A DNA stretch of 64,000 nucleotides from Trichosphaerium sp. ATCC 40318 (Eukaryota > Protista > Tubulinea): NCBI GenBank assembly GCA_038496445.1, contig JALMLS010000376.1, positions 310,001-374,000 on the forward strand. The letters are read 5' to 3'. This document shows positions 53,001 to 64,000 of this stretch, piece after piece. The notes under the pieces are model-generated. The model saw only the letters and a list, made by a program, of their open reading frames with translations, was not told the DNA's origin and made no database searches. Each line of letters starts with the position of its first letter. Position 1 is the stretch's first letter. Made by a program: the position numbers and the translations under genes.

Positions 53001-54845
53001 CCGGACTATGAAATATTTAGTGATAACTACTTGTTTCGCCCACAAGGACCCGCAGAAAGAGTATCTACAGCAAGAACAGTAATAGTCATTGATGGAGATT
53101 TTGTAAAAGAACTTCGTATCCAAGAAACACCGACACACCAACGTGTACGTGATAACAAGTATAATAATTAGCACAAAACAGAAGTGTTTATTGTTACTAA
53201 AGGTAATACGACTTTACGTTCAACCACCAAATACTCAAGGAAGAGCAAGAGGTAAACAACATTTCTTCTTTTTTTTTTTTTGTTCTTGAACTCAGATTAT
53301 TGTCTCGTAGATTTCATAACGATAGACACGATTATCGGTCCTTTGGAATCAAATAAGGTAAAAAACATTTCACTCGTTTTTTATGTCACGTAGAAATTGA
53401 TTGATCTATTAGGAATGTATTTTACGTTTTGAAACAGATCTGGCTTCTGATGGAGTGTTCTATACTGGTACAGCTTCCAAATCATCCAATAATTATTAAA
53501 CCTAAATTCTTGTGCTTAGATGATAATGGATTACAAACACAAAAGCGCCACCACAAGAATGAAACACTTCCAATTGCTGGTAAGCATCAAAGCGACTGAG
53601 GATGATAAATTGTCCTTTTTGTAGTTTTATTGGTTGAAGCAAAACACTCATGTTACAACAGGGAACTACTATCCTCTTGTGTATAACGGGTATATTGGAG
53701 ACAAAAAAGATGATTTGGAATTATCTTTTATCGTTGACAGTCCAGTTGGTGCAACATCATTAAAATCAGGTCAATTTGAAATGATGCTACATCGTCGTGT
53801 TACAAATACGATATTTTTTGGTACATTTTTCTTTTATTCAACAGTTTGGGTTCTGAGTCAATTCCTTTTCTTTGACTTTATCTTTTAGGTATGAATTTGA
53901 ACGATACCTCAATAGCTCGGCCATCAATGAGGCTTATATTTGAGGATAGAGAAGAGTCGTTACTTCAGAGACAACAATTTTCGTACATGTATGTAGTGAT
54001 TTTGCTCCATATTTGCTTTATTGATTTTACCTTGTTAGGTTAAACTTTCCTCCTGTTGCACTTGTTGCAACAAAACTTGTGAACACGGCTCACTTTTTAA
54101 AGAATTACACGCTACGTCATGAGTTTATGAAGCAAGGTATAGACTAGACAATAACAAAGAACTGAGCCTGATATGTTGTTTAGGTATGCCTCAACAGGCT
54201 CACTTGTTGTCGTTAGAAGGTACTTGTGGAATGACTGGCACCTTACTAACTTTTACTAGCGCTTCATGGTACAAAAGAAACATCAATAGCAATGAGAGTT
54301 GCTCATCTGTTTGAATCGTCTGAACAACCTTTTGGTGTTCCTCTTGAGATAAAGTTAACAACGCACTTTGAAGACAAGTACGCACTACAAAACAAGACTA
54401 TAACAAATCGCGACTACCTACAAAAAGCACGGTTTGAGGTTTGATTCTGATTTTTTTCTTAAGGTTTTCTGTTGAGTCTCTTGAAGCAAGAAGTCTTTCA
54501 ACGACATATTCGTTGTCTCAAATGTATAGAAAACCTTGGAAGTCTAAGTCTATACATGATGAATCAAACCATGATATTCTTGAATCTGTACTTGAAAACA
54601 CAAGGAACCTTGAAACAGACTTAGACCGTGGAATCTTTGTTTTACATCCAAAGAACATCGCAACTTTTTTTGTTTCTTTTGGTGAACCAAAACCACCAAA
54701 ACGTGCGCTTAATGTTGTACTTATATCTATACTGTCTGTTGTTGGTTTCTTGATTATTCTAGCTATAATATTGAGTATATATTTTCAACAAAGGAAAAGA
54801 AGTAATCATCAAACAGTACAAGAACCATTAATAAAGAAAGATTAA
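50088..54845 (+). CDS. GH38 alpha-mannosidase (lysosomal/MAN2B-like) with C-terminal transmembrane helix
   Basis: Signal peptide; HSHLDVGW, WQIDPFG (nucleophile), [34 protein letters not shown]; [26 protein letters not shown]. Confidence 0.92.
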
Positions 54846-54918
54846 TTTTTTTGTACTGCTGCGACTTGCTCCAGACCTAAATAAATTTCATGACCAATAA
54901 ATTAGTACCATAAATTTA

Positions 54919-55200
54919 CGTCGCTGAATGCGACAGTAATCAGTTGACACAATGCCAAGAGTATCCTCGCTTTGCAAGGGCTGTTACCATCATGTTAAGC
55001 ACTCCGTAAAGGATACATTAATGAATGGCTAGCAGACTCTAAGCGGACTGGACAACAACGTTGTGCTATGTTTCTTTGAATGGCAATTCGGCACAGCCTT
55101 CATAGTTATAAAGGCTTGGGATGGGTCTCTGGCTATGTGATCCATGTAGTGTCGCAGCCGAGCGAGAAAGATTCTCCTCCAATTTGGTAGCGTTGTACTA
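54919..55200. ncRNA. Candidate multi-branched structured RNA between convergent mannosidase genes
   Basis: GC-elevated block with closing helix TGCGACA(54929-54935)/TGTCGCA(55150-55156) and nested helices CAGTT/GACTG, AGAGT/ACTCT, CTGTTA/TAGCAG, AGCCTT/AAGGCT, ATGGGTC/GATCCAT. Confidence 0.3.
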
Positions 55201-55251
55201 AGAACAAGTGAACCTAGCAAAGATGGATGCGTCTGAGGGAATGCATTGCAT

Positions 55252-58200
55252 TTATTTAAGGGATACATAAAAAGTACGAATCTCCTTTGGCGAAAGCAAT
55301 ATTTTGAAACCAGGTGATGCATTCACAACAGAGTTACCTGTAAGTGCCATCTCAACTATTTTAGAAATATAGAATCCAGAGAATACGTCAGACAAGTCAA
55401 CAGTAACAGGACTGGCGTATTTCTTAGACTCAGCAACACCAAACAGGTGAGTCAACCTATTGTAAACAATAAATAAACAGAAAATGCATGTAGAACTTGT
55501 AGGTACCTCAATACAAATGTATTTGTTTCTGCGTTTATGAGACTGAAGGAAAGCACGTGAATATTATCAGGAATAGCTAAAAAAAGAAAAGAAAATTAGT
55601 CAGCATTAAGTGAGCCTAAGTCAGTAAAAAACTACTAATAATTACCTTTTATAGGCGCTAGAGTGGTTCTGTAAGATGCGGTCCATGACTCCCTTGATGA
55701 CGGTTTACCAAAATAAAAGTTAAGCGGGAAGTTAAGTCTGTATGTATGATGGTATCGTGCCAAGTCAGCATCTAAAGTATTTTAGAAAGCGTTTACTGAT
55801 GTGCGGTATGCTTCACCTTGTGGGTCATCTAGCAGTACACGGTGTGTAGGATGAACTATATGAGTGTCGTCCAGAGCTTCTCCAAGACCTCTACCATCAT
55901 CGTAAGGTGTTCTTCTATGTACCATCAACTCCATTGATCCAGATGCTTGAGTGCTAGCGCCGTGTGAAGAATCGTGAACAACCTTTGTTACTGTCAACTA
56001 AAAGGCTGACGACAAAAGAAGAAAAAAAAAAAGAAAAAATACGGAAAAATTCGCGTGCAGTTAATCGTCTTGTGCTGTCTTGTATGTAAGCCCAATAAAC
56101 TGAAGGCCAGTAGTTTATTGGAATAGCTGAATTTTTATCAGCTGTTCTCTTTTTAGTTTGATAACCGTTGTCGTCAGTGTAAACAACCTCTCCATTTGAA
56201 ATATCTGATGTAAATCTTGTTATCATTTCTGTGCTTTGTGGTAATACACCAACTTGGTGTAAAATCTCAAGTGCTCCACTTGTTGTACTATCTGATGTAT
56301 TATATAATCTCAATACTTGGCTATAATAAGAAGATCCGGAAGCTGATGGAAACGTCTAAAAAGTTTAGCAAGAAAAACCTGACAATTACTTTGTTCAAAC
56401 CTGGAACACTTCTTGAACCAGTTCTCCCTTTACTGAAACAGTAGCTACAGAACTACTGGATAACGTGTGTGCAGGACCACTTGGTTTGAAAATATACGCC
56501 CCTGATTGTTGACCACCACCGGAGTATGAGGTGTACGCCATTCCCTGTTGAAATACTGTTAGAAATTTCTATTATTGAGCTCACTTACTTGTTGAGTGCA
56601 ATTCGCTTTGATACCTGATTTAGCATTGCCTATTGATTCAATAATACCGCTGTTTCCAACAGAAACCTTGTATAATAGTGTTACAACTTACGTCTGTTAA
56701 TAATAGGTACTATGGCGTACAGTCATGATAGAGTTGCTCAAAACTGTAGCTTCGTTTGTTGTTTCGACAGTTGGTTTATTGTTTGTTGAAGTTGCACGTG
56801 TTATAAAGTATGTCTCGAATCCCATGGCTGGTATATTTACTTCAAAGAATAGATTGAAAGAACCAGGAGCATTAGAAAAACGAGAAGGGTTTACCTAGGG
56901 AAATTAATCGGTTTTTCGTAAAAGATGTTGAGTTTTTATACCTGAGACCGAACTGCGTTTCCAGCGGAGTCACTGACTTGAATATTCTGAGAATTTATTG
57001 GCAATGTGGCCACATCTCGTCTTACCCAAGAAAGGTCATTGTATACAACAACGGGTATAGTCTAAGATGAAACAGATTAGTTATTAAAAACCTTAGTCAA
57101 AAGAATGAGAGTACCTGTCCAACACTCATATTAAGTAGCATTGTCGTTTGGTTTGTGAGCTTAGGTGCACCTTTTCCATTATCAAGTAGAATGCCTAGAC
57201 TAGTTGCAATCAAGTCATGACACTTCTCGTTAGCGTTGAATAATCTACCAAATATGAGTATGAGAAAAGTGAAATTGCTAGACCTGTTCGCATAGTCAAC
57301 AGCAACGTAAAACTTTTCTGTCCCAGTTACAGCATCATGATGTTGTGTAACGCCCACCGCTTTTCTTGAAATATTCAAAGATTGAAGTGCATCTACTAAG
57401 TTAAGAGATGAATCACGTGCAGCAACAGCGACTCTAAGAGGATGATAAATATTAGAAGTGTTCGACCAAACAAAAGCAATCTAACTCACGTAAATTCAGC
57501 CGCTCTATTTATAGCCTCACTTCGTCTGACAAGTAATTTTATGAAAGGTTTGGATGTATAATAACCCTATTGCTTGCTGTGAAAAAGAAAAATGAGATAA
57601 ATATCTCATACCGTCCAGTAAGCACTTGGGTTGTCATCATAAGGGAAAAAGTCTGATGTGTTTCTATGAGGAAAATCAACACCTGAACTCATAACTGCTT
57701 CGAAATACTCGCTTAGAAGTGCGTATTTAATGTTCCTAATTAGATATTAGAGCTTAATAAAACATTACGAGAACTACGCACAATTTATACTCTGCTTGAT
57801 TCTGTTGCATGTAAGCGACAACTTTATCCATATTGTCAAAAAGATATCCAGCGTCCTGAAAGTAAAAATCGTCTCCATACGGCACAAGAATATTAGGAGT
57901 CCTACCATTCGTTTACTTAACCATAAACCAATATTAAGTATCTTTACACACCTATAATAACTTTCTCTATCACGAACCCAGTTGGAGAAGAGACCAGCGT
58001 AGTTTTTAACATTACCATCGTCAACTGGATTAATAAAAGCGAAGTAATCTCTAAAATCACCATATCTTGTATCCAATACATGCGTAAATATAGATTCTCC
58101 TTTAACACTTTCATTATCGTCCCATATGAACTCAAGCATCTTGTTCGCTTTCAACGCATTCTAGAAATCAGATGAGAAAAAAGTAGGAACTGATGAAGCT

Positions 58201-59566
58201 GTATTGTACTTTTCTTTCTTGACCAATACGATCATTAACATGAGCTTTGAAACCCATCAATTTTTCTAGTCCGGCTTGTGTAGATGACCCACCGAAAGGA
58301 TCAATCTGCCATCCATACTTAGGAGCGTATTCTGCACCGAAAGTATCTACAATAAACCGATGCCCAACAGCAGTCTAAATAAATAATAAATTTTTGAATT
58401 TTTCTCATTTGGTTTGAGCAATCTTACGTTTATGATATTTGCCGAGTATGTTGTACAAGCCTCATCATTCATACTCCAAGCTCCTATAACAAACTCTACT
58501 TGCTTATTGGCAAGAAGCTTCTTCCAATTTTCTCTCATAGTATCAGTTGTCTTTGTATCGTTCCACCACTTGTGGAAAAAAGCTCTTCAAAAAGTTAGGT
58601 GCACCAAAAAAAAAAGGTGTAAATGTCTTTGAGTCTTGACGCCTGAAGTAAATGATAAAGTGTTCCTACGTACTGTTCTACATAGATGAACTTTCGTTTA
58701 CTATCTTTCATCAACGCTTCTGTCACAGTGTCGAGAATATGTATAACCTCACTGTTATAATATTCCTACGCAAGAAAGTGAATTGATAAAAAGCGGAAAC
58801 AACAAAGAAAACATACGTCAACTGTTTTTACCCAACCAACATCGTCATGGGTGTTCGGTACAAGGAAGACGTTTAATGTATTCTCTTGTGGGGTATCCTC
58901 ATCTTTAGTGACAGGACAAGCTAGAGAAGATCTGGCCTACCACAAGTTAAAAAACCAAAAAAAATTATCGTTCTAATACCTTGACCATTACATCGCATGG
59001 TGAGGTCTCTGATACATCCATAACTTTAAAATCAACTTGAGGATCACAGTGAATATGTATTTCAGATTTCCGGCGTCTTTTAGCGTTTTCACACCAGTCA
59101 CCATTATCATAAGCCAAAATAACACCTGAACACCACATTAACTTTTCAAACTAAAAGTCACGTGTTGTGGTGTCTTTTTTCCAAAAAAAACCGAGGTACC
59201 TTGTGCGTTATCTTGAGAGAAGGATACGTCACTCTTTGAACCAAAACCGACAGATTTACCCTGTTACGCTCAATTAGATTTCAATTATTGTTTGCACACT
59301 TACTAGAGTGTTGGTGGCGTAGATGGCATGAGAATAAGATGAATCACTGGTTTTAACACTGTCACAAGGATTGATAGTGTATTTAACGCTATTTCGCTTG
59401 AATTCTAGTCTAGGTACACGTGTAAAGCTAAACTAAAGGAACAAGAATAGTACCTAACCGCCAAAGACGATAAATCGTATAGTTGATCACCATCCTCGAA
59501 AACACAGTGTTTAGACGATACTATAAGCACCAAAGCTGACAAAATTAGTAACCAGACGTGCTTCAT
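55252..59566 (-). CDS. GH38 alpha-mannosidase with N-terminal mannose-6-phosphate-receptor-homology (MRH)-like domain
   Basis: Signal peptide; MRH-like YDLSSL...INPC...YDNGDWC...RKSEIHIHC...ETSPC...ACP; then [47 protein letters not shown]. Confidence 0.9.
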
Positions 59567-59660
59567 TTCTTGTTTTTAGTTTTTTTTGATCAAAAAGTTT
59601 TTTTGACTCAAAGTTAGTCCCTTTACTTTCATTTTATTTTTGTACAAATTCTTTCCGTTA

Positions 59661-61299
59661 TTACGCCCCTAGGTACCTAAAGGAGCTCCTCGCATTGTTT
59701 CTAATATCTGTCATTACTACATTATTCTCTTGTTGATGCAGGTTGAAGTGCCGACGATGATTGTCAATAGCAACATTATTGTTTGGTTGTGGATATTGAC
59801 GGTGATTGTTGACATTGTAATTGCGTTGATTGAGTGCAATGTTTTGTCGTTGAGGGTTGTTATTGAGATAAACTCCATTATTTTGAAGTTGAGGATTGTT
59901 ATGGTAAGCGAAGTGATTCATATTATTACGTTGATTATGGTTATGTAAATGAAGATGATTGTTCATTGTGACATTATTAGGTTGATGATTATGGTAATGA
60001 AGATGGTTGTTGATACTGCTTTGTTGTTGTGGCTGGTTCTGGAGATTAATGTGATTATCGAAGGCGCCAATATTTGGTTGTTGGTGGTTCTTCTTATGTG
60101 CGATGTAACTCTCTATATGCCCAATAATATTAATCTCAGGATGATTCTCATATTTGTTAAAAATCTTGTGTTTAAGCGTCCGTAGAGCATTACATCTGTA
60201 TCTATCAGGATAAGTTGAAGGGAAACGAAGTCCAGGGAGAGTGGTAACTTGAGGAGTAACATGTGAATGCCTATAGACATCGAATGGGACGAAAGCTACG
60301 CCGAATTTTTCGTGTTCTCCTTTTCCACTTGTTTTAACTTGTCCCTTTCCAAATATAACCTGTCCATTAATAGCACGTTGTGCAGTCTCGTTTAGCAATA
60401 GAGCGGTTGGTACTATTGCGTAAAATTGAGCATAACCTGAAAGTTTAAGTCAGAGGTGTTTTCAGAGTCTTTGTTGTCTGTACCGTTGATTATAACACGT
60501 TGTGGTATAAGCCATTTACGTAGGTGTTCATTTGCAGCCCAGTTTATAAATTTGTCTCTTTCTAAAAGGTCTGTTAACCATCATCTTTTTTTTTGCAACA
60601 GTTCATAAAATAAAGCAAAAAAAACTTGTCATTCTCGTTACGAGTACTACCTACCTTCTGCGAAAACCTTGACATTAAATGTTTGTTCATAAAGGGCTTG
60701 TAACTGAGATTTGATGAAATTAGGCATCTCCTCAATACCTAGAAATGAACATAAGCCGAAAGTGTAACCAAGAGGTTTTATTGAAATATTGGGAAAAAAA
60801 AAGTTACCGCCATTACCTTCTCTCAAAGCGCCATAAACGAAGAACTCTCTTTTTTCTGCAAAGTGCCCTGGGTCAGCTAGCTTTACTTGCAAGCTTGCTT
60901 CAAATTGTTTTAACCGAAATTCAAGTGTAGTTTGCTTGTAATTATCTAAAGAACCTCCACAGTCACACCATGTGCCTTTAGATTTACCTCCGCCTTAAAA
61001 TAGCGTTAACAGATAGGAACTCAAGAGTTCTTGGTACCTTCTTGCGTTAAAATGATGTAGTTGGCTCCTCCAGGCGTAGAACATATCAACTGAACGCCTG
61101 CGCCTGAAATTCGGCCTATCTCTAAAAAACCTGTACGAAAACTAAACACAGGGTAGTATATACCCCAGCTATCCCTATTTCGTTCTCTGGGTGGTAAATT
61201 GAGTGAACTTGGGTTTTCAGCGTGATCTCCAGGGCCTGTGTACTGTTTAAACAGCGCCTTTGTTCTTAAGAAGTTATTTACTATGTAGTTGTTATTCAT
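59661..61299 (-). CDS. Orphan protein with Asn/Gln/His-rich low-complexity C-terminus
   Basis: Exons joined by GT-AG introns from ATG 61299; 245-aa last-exon ORF with NNHLHYHNHQ-type repeats. Confidence 0.65.
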
Positions 61300-61545
61300 T
61301 GCTGGGCCTGTAGTGGAATAGTTAATTAATTTTAGCTGTTAAGAATATAATTCATTGAATCAGAAGAAGATAGTCACTTTCTGTTGCAATTGAAAAAACG
61401 TGTAGTTTCTTTTCATCGTAATAATACTTTGCTACTCGAGAACATCGATTTTTCCGTACTGGTAATGCATCACTCTCAAAACTCAAACTACAAAAGTTAC
61501 AAGCAGTTGTTTTTAAAAAACACGTTTATTTATAGTAGTTTACAT

Positions 61546-64000
61546 TTAAGACCAGTGAACTTCAAGTTCATCAGTAGCTGTTAGTTTAGCCACATGAACA
61601 TCGCGTCGTATCTTTGTACCGTTGCTTAACTTGATTATCTTTGCTATTTCTGCTTCCTTACGCTCGAAATTCTCCGAGACACTCTTGTTGAGCTCAGCCA
61701 TTGTCAACTCTTTGAGATAGATTTCTTCAAAGTCTGGATCATCAGCCTCTTTGATTTTGATAGTAAGGGCATCACTAGAAGCTTGTGTAGGTTCTTTAGG
61801 CTTATCTTGGCTCTTTGGAGTAGGACGCTCGAATACTTCACCAGAAATAGGCTTAATATCAACCATGATTGGATCAATCCACCATTTGAACTCAGGTGTG
61901 TAGTACAAGTACGTTCTTGAAGGAGGCGATATGAATGTACCAGGTATTCTTGCAGTAACATCTAAAAGAAACAAAAGGTGAGTAAGGGATTGCGAAGACA
62001 AACAGTAAAACAAAAGCGAAATAAAGAGTTGATTACTTACCAATATTAAACTGAACCTTTTGTTTAGGGTTCATACCACGCCAATATAGGATAACATGGC
62101 GTCCTTTCATCTCCCATAGATCAAAGACTTCTTGTTTAACAAGCTCTTTAAGCTTTTCAGTGCGTACTTCTAGACCACCAGGTACGCCAATGACAGCCAT
62201 AGTCATAGGTAAATCACAATCAGTGACGTTTTCTACCGTAGTTCTAAGCTCAGCGCCTTCGCCTTCTGTTATCGTATCGGCGCTCAAGTTGCACGTAATA
62301 CGTGTCGCGCACTCCTCGACTTCGTCTGGGCGAATGGTGTGATAGGAGACGTCGCACTAGTACAAGATAAGTCAAATGTTGACGTGAAATATCAAAAGGT
62401 GAAAGAAATGCGTACAGAGTAAGGGATAGCGTTGGCGTATCCTGAAACCTCCATCTTTATAGTGTGTTCACCTGGAGTTAACACATCGTGGAACGAAGGT
62501 AAGGTGTAGCTTTCTCCACCTGCTGATTTGAATGATTGTTGAGAATGACGCTTGCCATCGACGAACTGTAAAGATATTAGCGATGGAGCTTAAAGTATAC
62601 AATCAAAAGGTACGTACCAATGTGACAGTTGGGCCGCTGCCAGATTTAACTACAGGGGCGCTACTGGCTTCGAATTGAGTCATGATAGCTTTCAAAACAA
62701 GTGTTGTAGCTTGAGAAGTTCCGTATGCGCCAAAGCGACATTTCTTTTGACAGTATTCCAAACCAGCACTAATGTTGGTTGCATACTTAACTGGATCAAT
62801 TCTAAATTAAAAACAGTAAGCCACAAGAAAGTCACCAACTGTAAAAGTATTCATACCTTAACCATGCTAGTACACTAAGCGCAGTGGCTTCAACATGTTT
62901 GCTAGCAGCACCAGATCTTGTAATGGTAACTTCGCAGTCCCTTACTTGACCATTATCTCTTTGACCAGGTTCTAAAGGGTATAAGTAAGCAACACAATAG
63001 TATTATTTGTTTTGAGGACGTACTCTTCCACTGTTTGACAACAAGCTTTTCTGCAACAACTCTAGCATCGTCAATCTTTCCAACATTGGCAAGAGTCAAA
63101 GCAACAAGTGCGTAGATATAACTACACTTATCAAACTTGACACTCTTGACAATATCATTGATTTCCTTTTGGATCGTAGATCCAGGCAAGCCCCATTCAG
63201 TAAGCGCCCAACAAATGTACGCTAAAAATAGAATATAAGCACACGTGATAATAACAAATCAAGGAAACCAAATAAAAATAACCTACCATTGGCTACATTA
63301 GGTGGAGGATAAGAGAAAGCGTATTTTCCTCTAGACAAATTAAATCGACCTGTGCCGTTACGTCTACCAAGAAGCCATTTCATATTATCATCAACCATTG
63401 ATTTGGAAACAGGAGAAACATCTGCTATCTCTTTGAACATCAAGAGACCAAAAGCCGTCAAGACTTCATGTCCAGGGTTACCACCATACCATTCAAATCC
63501 ACCACTTCTGGATTGATAAGCTGTAAGCTTCTTGTAACCACTCTTTATTTTTTGTTGAGCAGAGCTGATTATGCTTGGAGAACCAGTGCCTGACTTGGCG
63601 TAATACTTAAGAGCTTGAACCATCGGGTACACTGTGGCACCAACTTGCTCAAAGCAACCATATGGCTCTTTTATTAGTCCAGTAAGAGAGCTTGTAAACT
63701 GTCTTCCTGGAGAAATATAAAAAGTGGTCTAAAGAGTATGTTAGGGTACCAAATAGAGAATGTTTATAAGTGCGTACGTTGGTTGAAATAGTGTTTGGTA
63801 CAACTGTTTTTGGAATGCTCACAGTAAACTCTTCAGCCAAGCTTTTCGAAAGGTTTCCAGATGCACCATAAGTTTTTGGGAATCCCTACAAAAACAATTA
63901 ACAAACAAAGAACCAAAGAAACCAAAACGTACGAGTGGAGCAATGCGAACTTTGCGCACAATACTATCTTGGTAACCACCTTCAGCCTTTGCGATGACCT
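61546..64000 (-). CDS. Alpha-2-macroglobulin-like thioester protein (C-terminal part) with appended ubiquitin-like domain; 5' end outside window
   Basis: EPYGCFEQVGATVYP (GCFEQ 63645-63659), GGFEWYG...HEVLTAFGL, YGTSQATTLVLKA, PMTMAVIGVPGGL, PSRTYLYYTPE; then linker and ~70-aa domain DPDFEEIYL...KIRRDVHVAKL. Confidence 0.9.

Noticed and set aside
58835-58865. VPNTHDD instead of VPHTHDD, suggesting an inactive mannosidase
   Set aside because: The zinc ligands are the following His and Asp, which are retained, as are the IDPFG nucleophile and QHHD.
388-62878. Many antisense or off-frame ORFs in the supplied track (e.g. 2364-2855+, 19388-19747+, 46068-46409+, 55029-55322-)
   Set aside because: They are shadows of real exons on the opposite strand or read-through into introns, with no motifs.
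1-64000. Alternative genetic code, U12-type introns, transposons, CRISPR or rRNA
   Set aside because: Genes end in ordinary stop codons and internal stops are explained by introns. I saw no convincing RTATCCTT donors, transposase/RT motifs, spaced repeat arrays or rRNA sequence.

Overview
Gene-dense, AT-rich (roughly 35-37% GC by eye) eukaryotic nuclear DNA with many short spliceosomal introns (mostly 40-100 nt, frequent GTACG/GTAAG donors), standard genetic code. The gene content (Zn2Cys6 factor, 26/29-kDa-type cathepsin, GCFEQ thioester protein) suggests a free-living, probably amoeboid protist; this is inference. I reconstructed about 20 multi-exon genes by hand. In order: a giant tandem-repeat protein (runs off the left edge), a PCIF1-like cap methyltransferase, a Zn2Cys6 TF, Hip/ST13, TCF25/Rqc1, an EF-hand-like orphan, a POT peptide transporter, a VWA + EF-1alpha-like GTPase fusion, an intronless SRPBCC protein, thioredoxin-PUL, purple acid phosphatase, cathepsin, phytochelatin synthase, a PARP6/8-like enzyme with five UBA domains, a UPF0052/CofD-like protein, two convergent GH38 alpha-mannosidases (one with a C-terminal TM helix, one with an N-terminal MRH domain), an N/Q/H-rich orphan, and an alpha-2-macroglobulin-like thioester protein (runs off the right edge). 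The most striking items are the VWA-EF1A fusion, the thioester protein with an ANKRD40-like ubiquitin-fold tail, the penta-UBA PARP, and three GC-elevated, hairpin-rich intergenic blocks that look like unassigned structured RNAs (one with an Sm-like site). CDS coordinates are whole-gene spans including introns; exon boundaries are manual and no database search was run.
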